Assembly (NCBI GenBank): GCA_036518595.1
Contig: DATDMW010000251.1
Coordinates: forward strand, 1-36,652
Origin: Burkholderiales bacterium
GTDB lineage: Bacteria > Pseudomonadota > Gammaproteobacteria > Burkholderiales > SG8-39
Direction: 5' to 3'
Length of the DNA stretch: 36,652 nt
The translations under genes were made by a program, and so were the position numbers. A model generated the notes under the pieces. It searched no databases, had not been told where the DNA came from, and worked only from the letters and a program-made list of their open reading frames with translations. This document shows positions 24,403 through 33,907 of this stretch, piece after piece (within the stretch, counting starts at the first letter, position 1; every line of letters starts with the position of its first letter).

Positions 24403-25575
24403 ATGGCGTCCGGCATCCCGGTGTACTACGTCGCGCGCAACCTGTGGACCCGGCGCCTCACGACGGGGCTGACCGCGGGCGGCATGGCGCTGGTCGTCTT
24501 CGTCTTCGCGGTAGTCCTGATGCTCGACGAGGGTTTGAAGCGCACGCTGGTCACCACCGGCGAGTACGACAACGTCGTCGTCACGCGCCGGGCGTCCGAG
24601 ACCGAGATCCAGAGCCTGATTCAGCGGGAGCAGGTGCCGATCGTCGAGACGCACCCCGCGGTCGCGCTCGACCGCGACGGGACGGCGCTCGTGTCGAGAG
24701 AGCTGGTGGTGCTGATCTCGCTCAACAAGCGCAACTCGGAGAAGCCCTCGAACATCGCCATCCGCGGTGTGTCGCCGCGGGCGCTCGAGCTGCGGCCGCA
24801 GGTGAAGATCGTCGAAGGCAGGATGTTCGAGGCCGGGAAATCGGAGATCATCGCCGGCAGCGGGATCACGCGCCGCTTCTCCGGCGCGGGCGTCGGCGAG
24901 CGGCTGCGCTTCGGGCAGCGCGATTGGACCGTCGTGGGCCTGTTCGACGCGGGCAACAGCGGCTTCGACTCGGAGATCTGGGGCGACGTCGAGCAGCTCG
25001 CGCAGGCGTTCAGGCGGACCACGTACTCTGCCGTGATCGTGCGCCTGGCCGACACTCGGCGCTTCGACCAGCTCAAGCGCGACATCGAGTCGGACCCCCG
25101 GCTCACGCTGGAGGCGAAGCGCGAGCAGGTCTACTACGCCGACCAGTCCAAGGCGCTTTCCACGTTCATCAGCATCCTCGGGCTGACGCTCTCGATCATC
25201 TTCTCGGTCGGGGCGATGATCGGGGCGATGATCACCATGTACGCCTCGGTCGCGAACCGCGTGGCCGAGATCGGCACGCTGCGCGCGCTGGGATTCCGGC
25301 GCCGCGCGATCCTCGCCGCCTTTCTCATGGAGTCGATGCTGCTGGGACTGGTCGGGGGCGGCGTGGGGCTGTTCTTCGCCTCGTTCATGCAGCTCGTGAC
25401 CTTTTCGACCATGAACTTCCAGTCGTTTGCCGAGCTCGCGTTCGGATTCACCCTGAACGGCGCGATCGTGGCGAAGTCGGTCGCCTTCGCGGCGATCATG
25501 GGCCTGGTCGGGGGCGTGCTGCCCGCGGCTCGCGCCGCGAGGATGAAGATCGTGGACTCGCTGCGCGCCGCCTGA
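24403..25575 (+). CDS. FtsX/MacB-type ABC permease with periplasmic domain (2 of 2)
   Basis: N terminus ARNLWTRRLTTGLTAGGMALVVF. Same topology as the preceding paralog. Contains GTLRALGFRR. Confidence 0.85.
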   Translation: MASGIPVYYVARNLWTRRLTTGLTAGGMALVVFVFAVVLMLDEGLKRTLVTTGEYDNVVVTRRASETEIQSLIQREQVPIVETHPAVALDRDGTALVSRELVVLISLNKRNSEKPSNIAIRGVSPRALELRPQVKIVEGRMFEAGKSEIIAGSGITRRFSGAGVGERLRFGQRDWTVVGLFDAGNSGFDSEIWGDVEQLAQAFRRTTYSAVIVRLADTRRFDQLKRDIESDPRLTLEAKREQVYYADQSKALSTFISILGLTLSIIFSVGAMIGAMITMYASVANRVAEIGTLRALGFRRRAILAAFLMESMLLGLVGGGVGLFFASFMQLVTFSTMNFQSFAELAFGFTLNGAIVAKSVAFAAIMGLVGGVLPAARAARMKIVDSLRAA

Positions 25576-25576
25576 G

Positions 25577-26566
25577 TCAGTCGGCGCTCGCGCCCGTCTT
25601 CGCGATGATGCTGCGCCAGCGCTCGAGCTCCGAGCGCATGAGCGCACCGAGCTCCTCGGGGCTGCTGCCCGCGGGCTCGAAGTACAGGCGGAGGAACTTC
25701 TCGCGCACCTCGTCGCTGTGGATGATCGCCCGCAGCTCGCGGCTCAGGCGGTCGATGGTGGGCTGGGGCGTGGCGGCGGGCGCAACGACGGCGTTCCAAG
25801 CGACCGACACCACGCCTGGAAACCCGGACTGCGCGACGCTCGGATACGCCGGCAGCGCCGCGCTCTTGCGCTCGGTGGAGACGGCGAGCGCCTTCAGGCG
25901 CCCCGACTGCACGAGCGGCATGGCCGTGGCCGGCACGACGAACGCCGCCGCGACGTCGCCGGCGACGATGGCGGCGTTGACCTGGGGGCTCCCCGGGTAA
26001 GGCACGTGCACGAGGTCGATGCCCGCGGCCTCCTTGAACATCTCCATCGTGAGGTGCGAGGCGCTGCCGTTTCCGACCGACCCGTAGTTCAGCTTCCCAG
26101 GCTGCTTCTTCGCGAGCGCCACGAGATCCTTCACGGAGGCGACGCCGAGCCTGGGATCGACGACGAGCAGGTTCGGGCTGGTCGCGACCAGCGTCACCGG
26201 CGCGAGGTCCTCGAACGGGTCGTACCCGAGCTTCTTGTAGAGCACCTTGTTGACAGCGAGCGGACCCTGGATCGAGAGCCCGACGGTGTAGCCGTCGGGT
26301 GCAGCGCGCGCGACCGCCGCGGTGCCGACGTTGCCGCCCGCGCCCGGGCGGTTCTCGACGATCACCGGGTGCTCGAGCGCGGGGGCGAGCTTCTCGGTGA
26401 GGATGCGCGCGATCAGGTCGGGCGAGCTGCCCGCCGGGAAGGGAACGATCACGTGCAGCACGCGCCCCTGGCCCGGTCCCGAGCTCGCCGAAGGGGCGGA
26501 TTGCGCGTGGGCGCCCAGCGGCGCCAGCGCGATCGCGATCGCGGCGAGTACGCGGCGCGTACGCAT
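25577..26566 (-). CDS. Bug/TctC-family substrate-binding protein
   Basis: ATG 26566 within ORF 25577..26752. Signal peptide MRTRRVLAAIAIALAPLGAHA. Contains PFPAGSSPD and ENRPGAGGNV. The start overlaps the ferredoxin stop (TGATG). Confidence 0.9.
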   Translation of the reverse strand: MRTRRVLAAIAIALAPLGAHAQSAPSASSGPGQGRVLHVIVPFPAGSSPDLIARILTEKLAPALEHPVIVENRPGAGGNVGTAAVARAAPDGYTVGLSIQGPLAVNKVLYKKLGYDPFEDLAPVTLVATSPNLLVVDPRLGVASVKDLVALAKKQPGKLNYGSVGNGSASHLTMEMFKEAAGIDLVHVPYPGSPQVNAAIVAGDVAAAFVVPATAMPLVQSGRLKALAVSTERKSAALPAYPSVAQSGFPGVVSVAWNAVVAPAATPQPTIDRLSRELRAIIHSDEVREKFLRLYFEPAGSSPEELGALMRSELERWRSIIAKTGASAD

Positions 26567-26877
26567 CACTCGAGCACGGCGTAGACCGTGTCGTTCTCGA
26601 TCTCGACCTTGTAGGTCTTCAGCCGCTCGGTGCACGGCGCTCCGGTCGGCTCGCCGGTGCGCACGTCGAAGGTGCCGCCGTGCCAGCTGCATTCGACCGT
26701 CTCGTCGAGCAGGTAGCCGTCCTCGGTAAGCGACGCGCCGCCGTGCGTGCACGTGTCGTCGGTGCAGAAGAGGCTGCCCTCGACATTGAACAGGGCGATC
26801 GGCGCGCGGCCCTCCACCTCGATCTTGCGCGACTCGCCGGGAGCGACTTCCTTGAGCTTGCAGATCTCGATCTTCAT
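26566..26877 (-). CDS. Rieske [2Fe-2S] ferredoxin component of a multicomponent oxygenase
   Basis: 103 aa. Motif CTHGGASLTEDGYLLDETVECSWHGGTF (C-x-H...C-x2-H). Confidence 0.85.
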   Translation of the reverse strand: MKIEICKLKEVAPGESRKIEVEGRAPIALFNVEGSLFCTDDTCTHGGASLTEDGYLLDETVECSWHGGTFDVRTGEPTGAPCTERLKTYKVEIENDTVYAVLE

Positions 26878-26932
26878 CCTGCGATTTTACCGCGAAGGCC
26901 CCGGCGCGCGAAGCGTCCCGGCTCGCGCTCGC

Positions 26933-27721
26933 TCAGGCGCGGTGCTTGTCGAGGAAGGACAAGAGCGCCCGGTTGAAGGCGGCGGTCTGCTCGAGATTCG
27001 CGATATGCGCAGCGGACGGAATGACGACCAGCTCCGATCCGGAGATGTTCTGGTGGATCACCTTCGCCACCTCGGGCGGCGCGCCCGGGTCCTGCTCCCC
27101 CACGATGACGAGCGTCGGCACCTTGATCGCCTTCAGCCGGTCGGTGAAATTCAGAGTCGGGATCGCGGCGCAGCAGCCGGCGTAGCCGGCGACCGGGGTC
27201 GAGCGGATCATCGCGGCCAGCCTCGCGGCCGTCTCCGGGTGCGACTTGCGGTAGGGCTCCGTGAGCCAGCGCTGCAGCGTCGGCTCGACCACGCCTTCCA
27301 TGCCTTTCTCGCGCGCGGTCTTGACGCGCGCCTCCCAGACCGGCTTCGCCTCCGGCGGATTGCGGCTCGTGGTATCGGCGAGGACCAGCGTCTCGAAGAC
27401 GCCCGGGAACTTGAGCGCGAAGGCCTGCCCGATCATTCCGCCGATCGAGAGCCCGACCCAGTGGCACGACTTGATTCCGAGCGCCTCGAGCAGCGCGTGC
27501 GCGTCGTACGCGAGCATGTCGAAGGTGTAGTCGCCGGCGGGTGCGTCGGTGCCGCCGTGGCCGCGCAGGTCGTATCGCAGCACCTTGTAGCGCTTTGAGA
27601 GCGCGGCGGCCTGCTCGTCCCACATCGACAGGTTGCACGCGAGCGAGTGGCTCATGACGACCCACGGGCCCTCGCCCTCGACGCTGTAATTGATCTGGAT
27701 GCCGTTGGCCTTCACTTTCAT
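26933..27721 (-). CDS. pcaD: Alpha/beta hydrolase, 3-oxoadipate enol-lactonase-like
   Basis: GGAAGGA Shine-Dalgarno. Contains HSLACNLSMWDEQ, LRYDLRGHGGT, nucleophile elbow GLSIGG, GYAGCCAAI, PTLVIVGEQD and AAHIANLE. Confidence 0.7.
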   Translation of the reverse strand: MKVKANGIQINYSVEGEGPWVVMSHSLACNLSMWDEQAAALSKRYKVLRYDLRGHGGTDAPAGDYTFDMLAYDAHALLEALGIKSCHWVGLSIGGMIGQAFALKFPGVFETLVLADTTSRNPPEAKPVWEARVKTAREKGMEGVVEPTLQRWLTEPYRKSHPETAARLAAMIRSTPVAGYAGCCAAIPTLNFTDRLKAIKVPTLVIVGEQDPGAPPEVAKVIHQNISGSELVVIPSAAHIANLEQTAAFNRALLSFLDKHRA

Positions 27722-27778
27722 GGGGATCCTTCCGGTGCGGTATGCGGGGTGGCGGGAAATTCTACTCCGCGGCCAGGC

Positions 27779-28780
27779 TCAGATCAGGGCGCGCGCGCTC
27801 AGCTCTTCCTTGAGGTACGCGTAGTAGACGGGCGCAGCGACCAGCCCCGCGAGCCCGAACGCGGACTCCATGACCAGCATCGCGAGCAGGAGCTCCCACG
27901 CGCTCGCGCGGATCTGCGAGCCGACGATGCGCGCGTTGAGGAAGTACTCGAGCTTGTGGATGACGACGAGGAAAGCGAGCGACGCGATCGCAACCGCGAG
28001 GGACGCCGACAGGCTCACGACGACGATGATCGTATTGGAGAGCAGGTTGCCGATCACGGGCAGCAGCCCGGCGACGAAGGTGATCAGGATCAGCGACTTC
28101 GCGAAGGGCAGGTGCACGCCGAGCAGCGGCAGCGCGACGCCCAGGTAGATCGCCGTGAACGCGGTGTTGATGGCGGCGATGCGCACTTGCGCGAACACGA
28201 TGCGCCGGAACCCGTCGCCGAGCAGGGCGGCGCGCTGCCCGAGCGCACGCGCGAGCGGCGCACCGTGGCGCGACGGCTGCGCCTCGCGCAGGGAAACCAT
28301 CGCGCCGATGATCATGCCGATCAGGAGGTGGGCGCTGAGGCGGCCCGCCTCCTTGCCGAGCAGCTGCACCTCGCCCGCGTGCTCGCGCAGCCAGTCGGTG
28401 AGCGCCTGGCGCAGCTCCTCGGCGTCCGTGGGCAAGTACTGCAGCACCCAGCCGGGGAGGTGCGAGCGCGATCCGTCGATGATCTCCGCCATCTTCTGCA
28501 GGAGCGCCGTCAGGCTCCCGGCGTCGCTGCGGAAGAAGCTGACCGCGCCGAAGAGCGCGAGCGACAGCGCCGCGACGATCGCGGTCGCCAGGATCGCGAC
28601 CGCGGCCACCTTGCCGCGCTTGCCGAGCCGCAGGCGCGGCGCGATGACGTGCACCAGCTCGAATACGAGCAGGCCGGCGAGCAGGGCCGGGAGCAGATGG
28701 AGCAGCAGCGTGAGCAGCAGGAGCAGCCCGGCCAAGATCCAGGCGGCGACCTCGAGGCGGGGCGAGGAAGGGGTCGGCAT
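27779..28780 (-). CDS. AI-2E family (PerM/YhhT-like) transporter
   Basis: ATG 28780 within ORF 27779..28888. About 8 hydrophobic helices. Contains LLPVIGNLLSNTIIVVVSL and a conserved C-terminal GLAGLVAAPV. Confidence 0.8.
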   Translation of the reverse strand: MPTPSSPRLEVAAWILAGLLLLLTLLLHLLPALLAGLLVFELVHVIAPRLRLGKRGKVAAVAILATAIVAALSLALFGAVSFFRSDAGSLTALLQKMAEIIDGSRSHLPGWVLQYLPTDAEELRQALTDWLREHAGEVQLLGKEAGRLSAHLLIGMIIGAMVSLREAQPSRHGAPLARALGQRAALLGDGFRRIVFAQVRIAAINTAFTAIYLGVALPLLGVHLPFAKSLILITFVAGLLPVIGNLLSNTIIVVVSLSASLAVAIASLAFLVVIHKLEYFLNARIVGSQIRASAWELLLAMLVMESAFGLAGLVAAPVYYAYLKEELSARALI

Positions 28781-28806
28781 GTGGGGGCACAGGCTAGCAC
28801 ACGCTC

Positions 28807-28815
28807 TGGGATAAT
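28807..28815 (+). promoter_or_regulatory. Extended -10 promoter candidate for galE (TGgGATAAT)
   Basis: Lies in the 67-nt divergent region, 33 nt upstream of ATG 28848. Confidence 0.35.
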
Positions 28816-28847
28816 GGTCGCGCCTCATTCTCGCTCGAGCGCGACCC

Positions 28848-29870
28848 ATGCCCGACTCGGTTCTCGTCACCGGCGGCGCCGGCTTCATCGGCTCGCACGC
28901 CTGCGTCGAGCTCGCGCTCGCGGGCTACGACGTGACCGTCGTCGACAACCTCGCGAACAGTCGCCGCTCGGTTATCGGCCGCGTGTCCCGCATCGCCGGG
29001 CGCCCGATCCGGTTCGCCGAAGGCGACGTCCGGGACAAGGACTTCCTCCGAGCGGTATTCGCGGCGCGCCGTTTCTCGGCGGTCGTGCATTTCGCGGGCC
29101 TGAAAGCCGTGGGCGAGTCGGTGGCCGAGCCGCTTCGGTACTGGGAGCACAACGTCGGAGGAACGCTCACGCTGCTCGCCGCGATGGCCGAGCATGGCGT
29201 GCGGCGGATCGTTTTCAGCTCGTCGGCGACGGTCTACGGACAGAGCGCCGCGATGCCGCTCGCCGAAGACGCGCCGCTCGGGCCGACCAACCCGTACGGT
29301 AGGACCAAGCTCGCCATCGAGCAGATCCTCGGCGATGTCGCCAGGGCCGACGCGCAGTGGAGGGCGGTGCTGCTGCGGTATTTCAATCCCGTGGGCGCCC
29401 ACGCGGGCGGCACGATCGGCGAGGATCCCGACGGCGTGCCGAACAATCTCTTTCCCTATGTCGCCGGCGTGGCCGCCGGCCGTTTCGAGCGCGTTCCCGT
29501 CTTCGGCAACGACTATCCGACGCCGGACGGTACGGGCGTGCGCGACTACATCCACGTCATGGACCTGGCGGCCGGCCACGTCGCAGCGCTTCGGGCGCTC
29601 GACGCGCTGCCCGCAGTGACTGCGGTGAACCTCGGCACCGGGCGCGGCTACAGTGTCCTCGAGGCGATCGCCGCCTTCGAGCGCGCCTCGGGCCGCAAGA
29701 TTCCATTCCGGGTCGAGCCGCGACGCCCGGGCGACGTCGCGATGAGCTACGCCGACCCGTCGCTCGCCGCCCGCCTGCTCGCCTGGAAGGCCGTTCGCGG
29801 GCTGGACGATATGTGCGCCGACGCCTGGCGCTGGCAGCAGTGGCGAGCCGCGCACGAGGCGCAGCTCTAG
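28848..29870 (+). CDS. galE: UDP-glucose 4-epimerase
   Basis: VLVTGGAGFIGSH Rossmann motif, SSSATVYG, YGRTKL (YxxxK). Typical length of 340 aa. Confidence 0.9.
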   Translation: MPDSVLVTGGAGFIGSHACVELALAGYDVTVVDNLANSRRSVIGRVSRIAGRPIRFAEGDVRDKDFLRAVFAARRFSAVVHFAGLKAVGESVAEPLRYWEHNVGGTLTLLAAMAEHGVRRIVFSSSATVYGQSAAMPLAEDAPLGPTNPYGRTKLAIEQILGDVARADAQWRAVLLRYFNPVGAHAGGTIGEDPDGVPNNLFPYVAGVAAGRFERVPVFGNDYPTPDGTGVRDYIHVMDLAAGHVAALRALDALPAVTAVNLGTGRGYSVLEAIAAFERASGRKIPFRVEPRRPGDVAMSYADPSLAARLLAWKAVRGLDDMCADAWRWQQWRAAHEAQL

Positions 29871-29877
29871 AGGTTCT

Positions 29878-31995
29878 CTATTCCTTCACGCGCGCGATCC
29901 GGACTACTTCCTGGATGCGGCGCAACGACCGCATCACGCGCGCGAGGTGCATGCGGTTCGCGACCTGCAGCGTGAAATGCATGGTGGTGTAGAGGCTGCG
30001 CTCCTCGTCCATGCTGACGTTGTCGATGTTCGAGCCGGCTTCGGCGATGGCCGCGGCCACCTTGGCGAGCACGCCCGGCTGGTTGACGACGATGACGCGC
30101 ACGGCCACGTCGAAGAGCTTGTCGGTGTGCGGCGCCCACTGGACGTCGAGCCACTTGTCAGGGTCGCCGCGCGCCTTCGCCGCGGTCGTGCAGTCGTGCG
30201 TGTGCACGACCAGTCCCTGACCTTTCTTGATGAAGCCGATGATGGGATCGCCCGGGACCGGCCGGCAGCACTTTGCGAACTGCACGGCCATGCCCTCGGA
30301 GCCATGGATGACGATGGACCCGGCGGCGAACTTCGCCTCGGACGGGTGTGCGTCGGACAGCGCCAGCAGCTTCCGGGCGACGATCGCGGCGAGACGCTTG
30401 CCGAGCCCGATATCGGCGACGATCTCCTGGCGCGAGCGGGCGCCGAGCTCGCGCACGAGCTTCTCCCAGCGCTCGGGCGTCGGCTCGGCGTGGGGTGTGC
30501 CGAGAGCGCGCACCGCCTGCGCGAGCATGCGCTCGCCGAGCATCGCTGCCTCCTCGATCTGCATGGTCTTCAGGAAGTGCCGGATCTGGAAGCGTGCCTT
30601 GGCGGTCTTGACGTAGGTGAGCCAGGCCGGGTTCGGGTGCGCGTGGGCTGCGGTGATGATCTCGACGCGGTCGCCGTTCTTGAGCTCGGTCCGCAGCGGT
30701 GCGAGCTCGTAGTTGATGCGCGCCGCGACGCAGCGGTTGCCGATGTCGGTGTGCACCATGTAGGCGAAGTCGACCGCGGTCGCGCCGCGCGGAAGCGCCA
30801 TGATCTTGCCCTTCGGGGTGAACACGTAGACCTCGTCGGGGAAGAGGTCGACCTTGATGTGCTCGAGGAACTCCGCGGCGTCGGGCGCGGCGTGGTCGAT
30901 GTCGAGCAGCGACTGCAGCCACTTGTGCGTGCGCTTCTGCACCTCGTTGATCTCGGCGTCGGTGCTCTTGTAGAGCCAGTGCGAGGCGACGCCGGTCTCG
31001 GCGATGCGGTGCATGGCTTGCGTGCGCACCTGGATCTCGACCGGCGTCCCGTAGGGGCCGATCAGCGTCGTGTGCAGCGACTGGTAGCCGTTGAATTTCG
31101 GTATCGCGATGTAGTCCTTGAATTTCCCCGGGACCGGCTTGTACAGGCCATGGAGCGCACCGAGCGCGAGGTAGCACGAGGGCACGTCCTTCACGATCAC
31201 GCGGAAGCCGTAGATATCGAGCACCTGGGAGAACGAGAGGTGCTTCTCCAGCATCTTCTTGTAGATGCCGTAGATGTGCTTCTCGCGACCGGTGACGTTC
31301 GCCTCGATCCCGGCCGCGGGCAGGCGCTCCTTGACCGCCTCCAGGATCTTGTTCACGACCTGGCGGCGGTTGCCACGCGCGGCCTTCACCGCCTTGGCGA
31401 GCGTCTTGTAGCGCAGCGGGTAGAGATGCGAGAACGCGAGCTCCTGCATCTCGCGGTACAGGCTGTCGAGACCGAGGCGGTTGGCGATGGGCGCGTAGAT
31501 CTCGAGCGTCTCGCGCGCGACGCGTCGGCGCTTCTGCGTGTCGACCGCGTCGAGCGTGCGCATGTTGTGCAGGCGGTCGGCGAGCTTGATCAGCATGACG
31601 CGCACGTCGCGCGCCATGGCGAGCAGCATCTTCCTGAAGTTCTCGGCCTGCGCGTCCTGCTGCGACTGGAACTCGATGCGGTCCAGCTTGGAGAGGCCGT
31701 CGACCAGCTCCGCCACCGGCTTGCCGAAACGCTGGCTGATCTCGCCCTTGGAGACCTCCGTGTCCTCCATGACGTCGTGCAGGAGCGCGGCCATCACCGC
31801 CTGGGCGTCGAGCTGCCAGTCGGCGATGATCTCGGCGACCGCGATCGGGTGCGAGATGTAAGGGTGGCCGCTCTTCCTGAACTGGCCCTCGTGGGCCGCG
31901 CTCGAGAACTGGTACGCCTCCTCGATGCGCGAGACGTCGCTCGGCTTCAGGTAGCCGAGGTGCTGCCGGAGATCGGTGATGGCGACGGCGGCCAT
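29878..31995 (-). CDS. spoT: Bifunctional (p)ppGpp synthetase/hydrolase
   Basis: HD hydrolase motifs (SGHPYISHPIAVA, LLHDVMEDT). Synthetase motif (YQSLHTTLIGPYGTPVEIQVRT). TGS and ACT regions present. Lies downstream of rpoZ and gmk. Confidence 0.9.
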   Translation of the reverse strand: MAAVAITDLRQHLGYLKPSDVSRIEEAYQFSSAAHEGQFRKSGHPYISHPIAVAEIIADWQLDAQAVMAALLHDVMEDTEVSKGEISQRFGKPVAELVDGLSKLDRIEFQSQQDAQAENFRKMLLAMARDVRVMLIKLADRLHNMRTLDAVDTQKRRRVARETLEIYAPIANRLGLDSLYREMQELAFSHLYPLRYKTLAKAVKAARGNRRQVVNKILEAVKERLPAAGIEANVTGREKHIYGIYKKMLEKHLSFSQVLDIYGFRVIVKDVPSCYLALGALHGLYKPVPGKFKDYIAIPKFNGYQSLHTTLIGPYGTPVEIQVRTQAMHRIAETGVASHWLYKSTDAEINEVQKRTHKWLQSLLDIDHAAPDAAEFLEHIKVDLFPDEVYVFTPKGKIMALPRGATAVDFAYMVHTDIGNRCVAARINYELAPLRTELKNGDRVEIITAAHAHPNPAWLTYVKTAKARFQIRHFLKTMQIEEAAMLGERMLAQAVRALGTPHAEPTPERWEKLVRELGARSRQEIVADIGLGKRLAAIVARKLLALSDAHPSEAKFAAGSIVIHGSEGMAVQFAKCCRPVPGDPIIGFIKKGQGLVVHTHDCTTAAKARGDPDKWLDVQWAPHTDKLFDVAVRVIVVNQPGVLAKVAAAIAEAGSNIDNVSMDEERSLYTTMHFTLQVANRMHLARVMRSLRRIQEVVRIARVKE

Positions 31996-32046
31996 GGCAC
32001 TACTTTACCCCTTGGCCGCAGGGGTCGGCCGGCGTTCAGGCGGCCG

Positions 32047-32256
32047 TCAGGCGGTATTGACCTTGCTGAGGTACTCGATGCCGACCTTGCCGGTCGCGAC
32101 CTCGCGCAGCGCGATGACGGTGGGCTTGTCGCGGTTCGCCTCGATGAGCGGCGTGCCGCCCTGGGCGAGCTGGCGCGCGCGGTAGGTCGCCGCCAGCGTG
32201 AGCTGGAAGCGGTTGGGGATCCTCTTCAGGCAATCCTCGACGGTGATCCGTGCCAT
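32047..32256 (-). CDS. rpoZ: RNA polymerase omega subunit
   Basis: [30 protein letters not shown] is the canonical RpoZ N terminus. Confidence 0.95.
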   Translation of the reverse strand: MARITVEDCLKRIPNRFQLTLAATYRARQLAQGGTPLIEANRDKPTVIALREVATGKVGIEYLSKVNTA

Positions 32257-32269
32257 GTGAAACCTCTCG

Positions 32270-32884
32270 TCAATCCGGCCGCTGGAACGCTTCGGGGTGT
32301 CGCGCGCGCTGGCGCTCGGCGGTCAGTCGGGAGGCGCGCACGATCGCGCTCAGGTCCCGCTTCGCCTCTTCGAAGTCCTTGTTGATAATAACATATTCGA
32401 ACTCGGCTGCGTGCGCCATCTCCTCGCGGGCGTTGGCGAGCCGGCGCGCGATCGCTTCCTCGTCGTCGTGACCGCGCTTGCGCAGCCGGCGCTCGAGCTC
32501 GGCAAGCGCCGGGGAAGGCGGCAGGACGAACACCGAGACCGCCTCGGGGAAGGCCTTGCGCACCTGGCGCGCTCCCTGCCAGTCGATCTCCAGGATGATG
32601 TCGAGGCCGCGCCCGCGCGCGTCGGCGATCCACTTTCGCGACGTGCCGTAGCGGTTGCCGTGCACCTGGGCGCTCTCGAGGAACTCGCCGCGCTCGAGCA
32701 TCGCCGCGAAGGCGCCGGCGTCGACGAAGTGATACTCGCGGCCTTCCTGCTCGCTCGGCCGCGGGGCCCGGGTCGTGTACGAGACCGAGAGCGCGAGATT
32801 ACGGTCCTGCGCGAGCAGCGCGCTCACGAGCGAGGATTTTCCGGCCCCCGACGGGGCCGAGATGATGAAGAGATCGCCGCTCAT
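32270..32884 (-). CDS. gmk: Guanylate kinase
   Basis: P-loop [10 protein letters not shown], then [22 protein letters not shown]. Confidence 0.92.
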   Translation of the reverse strand: MSGDLFIISAPSGAGKSSLVSALLAQDRNLALSVSYTTRAPRPSEQEGREYHFVDAGAFAAMLERGEFLESAQVHGNRYGTSRKWIADARGRGLDIILEIDWQGARQVRKAFPEAVSVFVLPPSPALAELERRLRKRGHDDEEAIARRLANAREEMAHAAEFEYVIINKDFEEAKRDLSAIVRASRLTAERQRARHPEAFQRPD

Positions 32885-32892
32885 CGCCTAGC

Positions 32893-33753
32893 CTACTCGA
32901 TGTTCTGGATCTGCTCGCGCATCTGCTCGATGAGCAGCTTGAACTCGAGACTCGCGTCGGACACTTCCTTCGAGACCGATTTCGAGGCGAGCGTGTTGGC
33001 CTCGCGGTTCAGCTCCTGCATCAGGAAGTCGAGGCGCTTGCCGACCACGCCACCCGCGTTGACGACGCGCCGCACTTCGTGCAGGTGCGCGGCGAGCCGC
33101 GTGAGCTCCTCGGCGACGTCGATTTTCACGCCGAAGAGCGCGATCTCCTGGCGGATGCGCTCCTCGTCGGAGGCGCCGAGCGCTTCGCGCAGGCGGCCCG
33201 CGAGGCGCTCCTCGTACGCCGCCACCGCCTCGGGCAGGAGCGGCTGGACCTCGGCGAGCAGGCGCTCCATGCGCTCGATGCGCTCGAGCAGCATGCCGGC
33301 GAGCTTGCCACCCTCGCGCGCCCGGGTCGCGGCGAACTCCGCGAGCAGCTGCTCGACCAGCGCGAGCGCCGTGTCGCGAACCAGCGCGCTGCGATCGTCG
33401 CCGAGCACGCCGGGCCAGTGCAGCACCTCGCCGACACGCAGCGGAGCCGCTTCGGGGATCGCCTCGCGCACCCGGCGCGAGGCTTCGGCGAGCGCCGAGA
33501 GCAGCGTCTCGTTCAACGCGAGGCTCGGCGCGCCGCCGGCGGCGGCGGTCACGGCCACGCGGCACTCGACCTTGCCCCGGCTCACCCGGGCGGCGATCAT
33601 CTCGCGCAGGGCGGGCTCGAGCGCGCGCATCTCGTCGGGCAGCCGGAACTGGATGTCGAGATAGCGGCTGTTGACGCTCTTCAGCTCGGCCGCGAGCGAG
33701 CACTGCGGCAGGTCGCGCGCCGACGAGGCATAGCCGGTCATGCTGTGGATCAT
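32893..33753 (-). CDS. yicC: YicC-family stress-induced protein (YicC-type endoribonuclease family)
   Basis: MIHSMTGYA...ELKSVNSRYLDIQFRLP...SRGKVEC and C-terminal EQMREQIQNIE match the YicC family. Confidence 0.9.
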   Translation of the reverse strand: MIHSMTGYASSARDLPQCSLAAELKSVNSRYLDIQFRLPDEMRALEPALREMIAARVSRGKVECRVAVTAAAGGAPSLALNETLLSALAEASRRVREAIPEAAPLRVGEVLHWPGVLGDDRSALVRDTALALVEQLLAEFAATRAREGGKLAGMLLERIERMERLLAEVQPLLPEAVAAYEERLAGRLREALGASDEERIRQEIALFGVKIDVAEELTRLAAHLHEVRRVVNAGGVVGKRLDFLMQELNREANTLASKSVSKEVSDASLEFKLLIEQMREQIQNIE

Positions 33754-33793
33754 GACTGGGGACGGGGAATCGTGATCAATTGGGCGACGGCCT

Positions 33794-33802
33794 TGCTACA
33801 AT
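33794..33802 (+). promoter_or_regulatory. Extended -10 promoter candidate for the kinase operon (TGcTACAAT)
   Basis: Lies in the 154-nt divergent region, about 106 nt upstream of ATG 33908. Confidence 0.4.
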
Positions 33803-33907
33803 GACCGGCGCCCGCACGCAAAGCGCCTATGATAGCGGGTCGCCCCAGCCGGCGGCGAACTAAGTGACGACGGAACCGGGGGGAGACGTCGCCTCGGCAA
33901 ACCAGGG

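Noticed and set aside
29947-32385. 812-aa plus-strand ORF antisense to spoT/rpoZ/gmk. Similar long antisense ORFs are at 226..1389, 8174..9634, 10098..11714, 12135..13604, 14307..15659, 19159..20529, 21844..23205, 24292..25647, 27647..29302, 32297..33664 and 34642..35748.
   Set aside because: All show the same GC-driven stop-codon depletion and Arg/Ala/Gly bias. Each is fully shadowed by a gene with clear family motifs on the other strand or in another frame.
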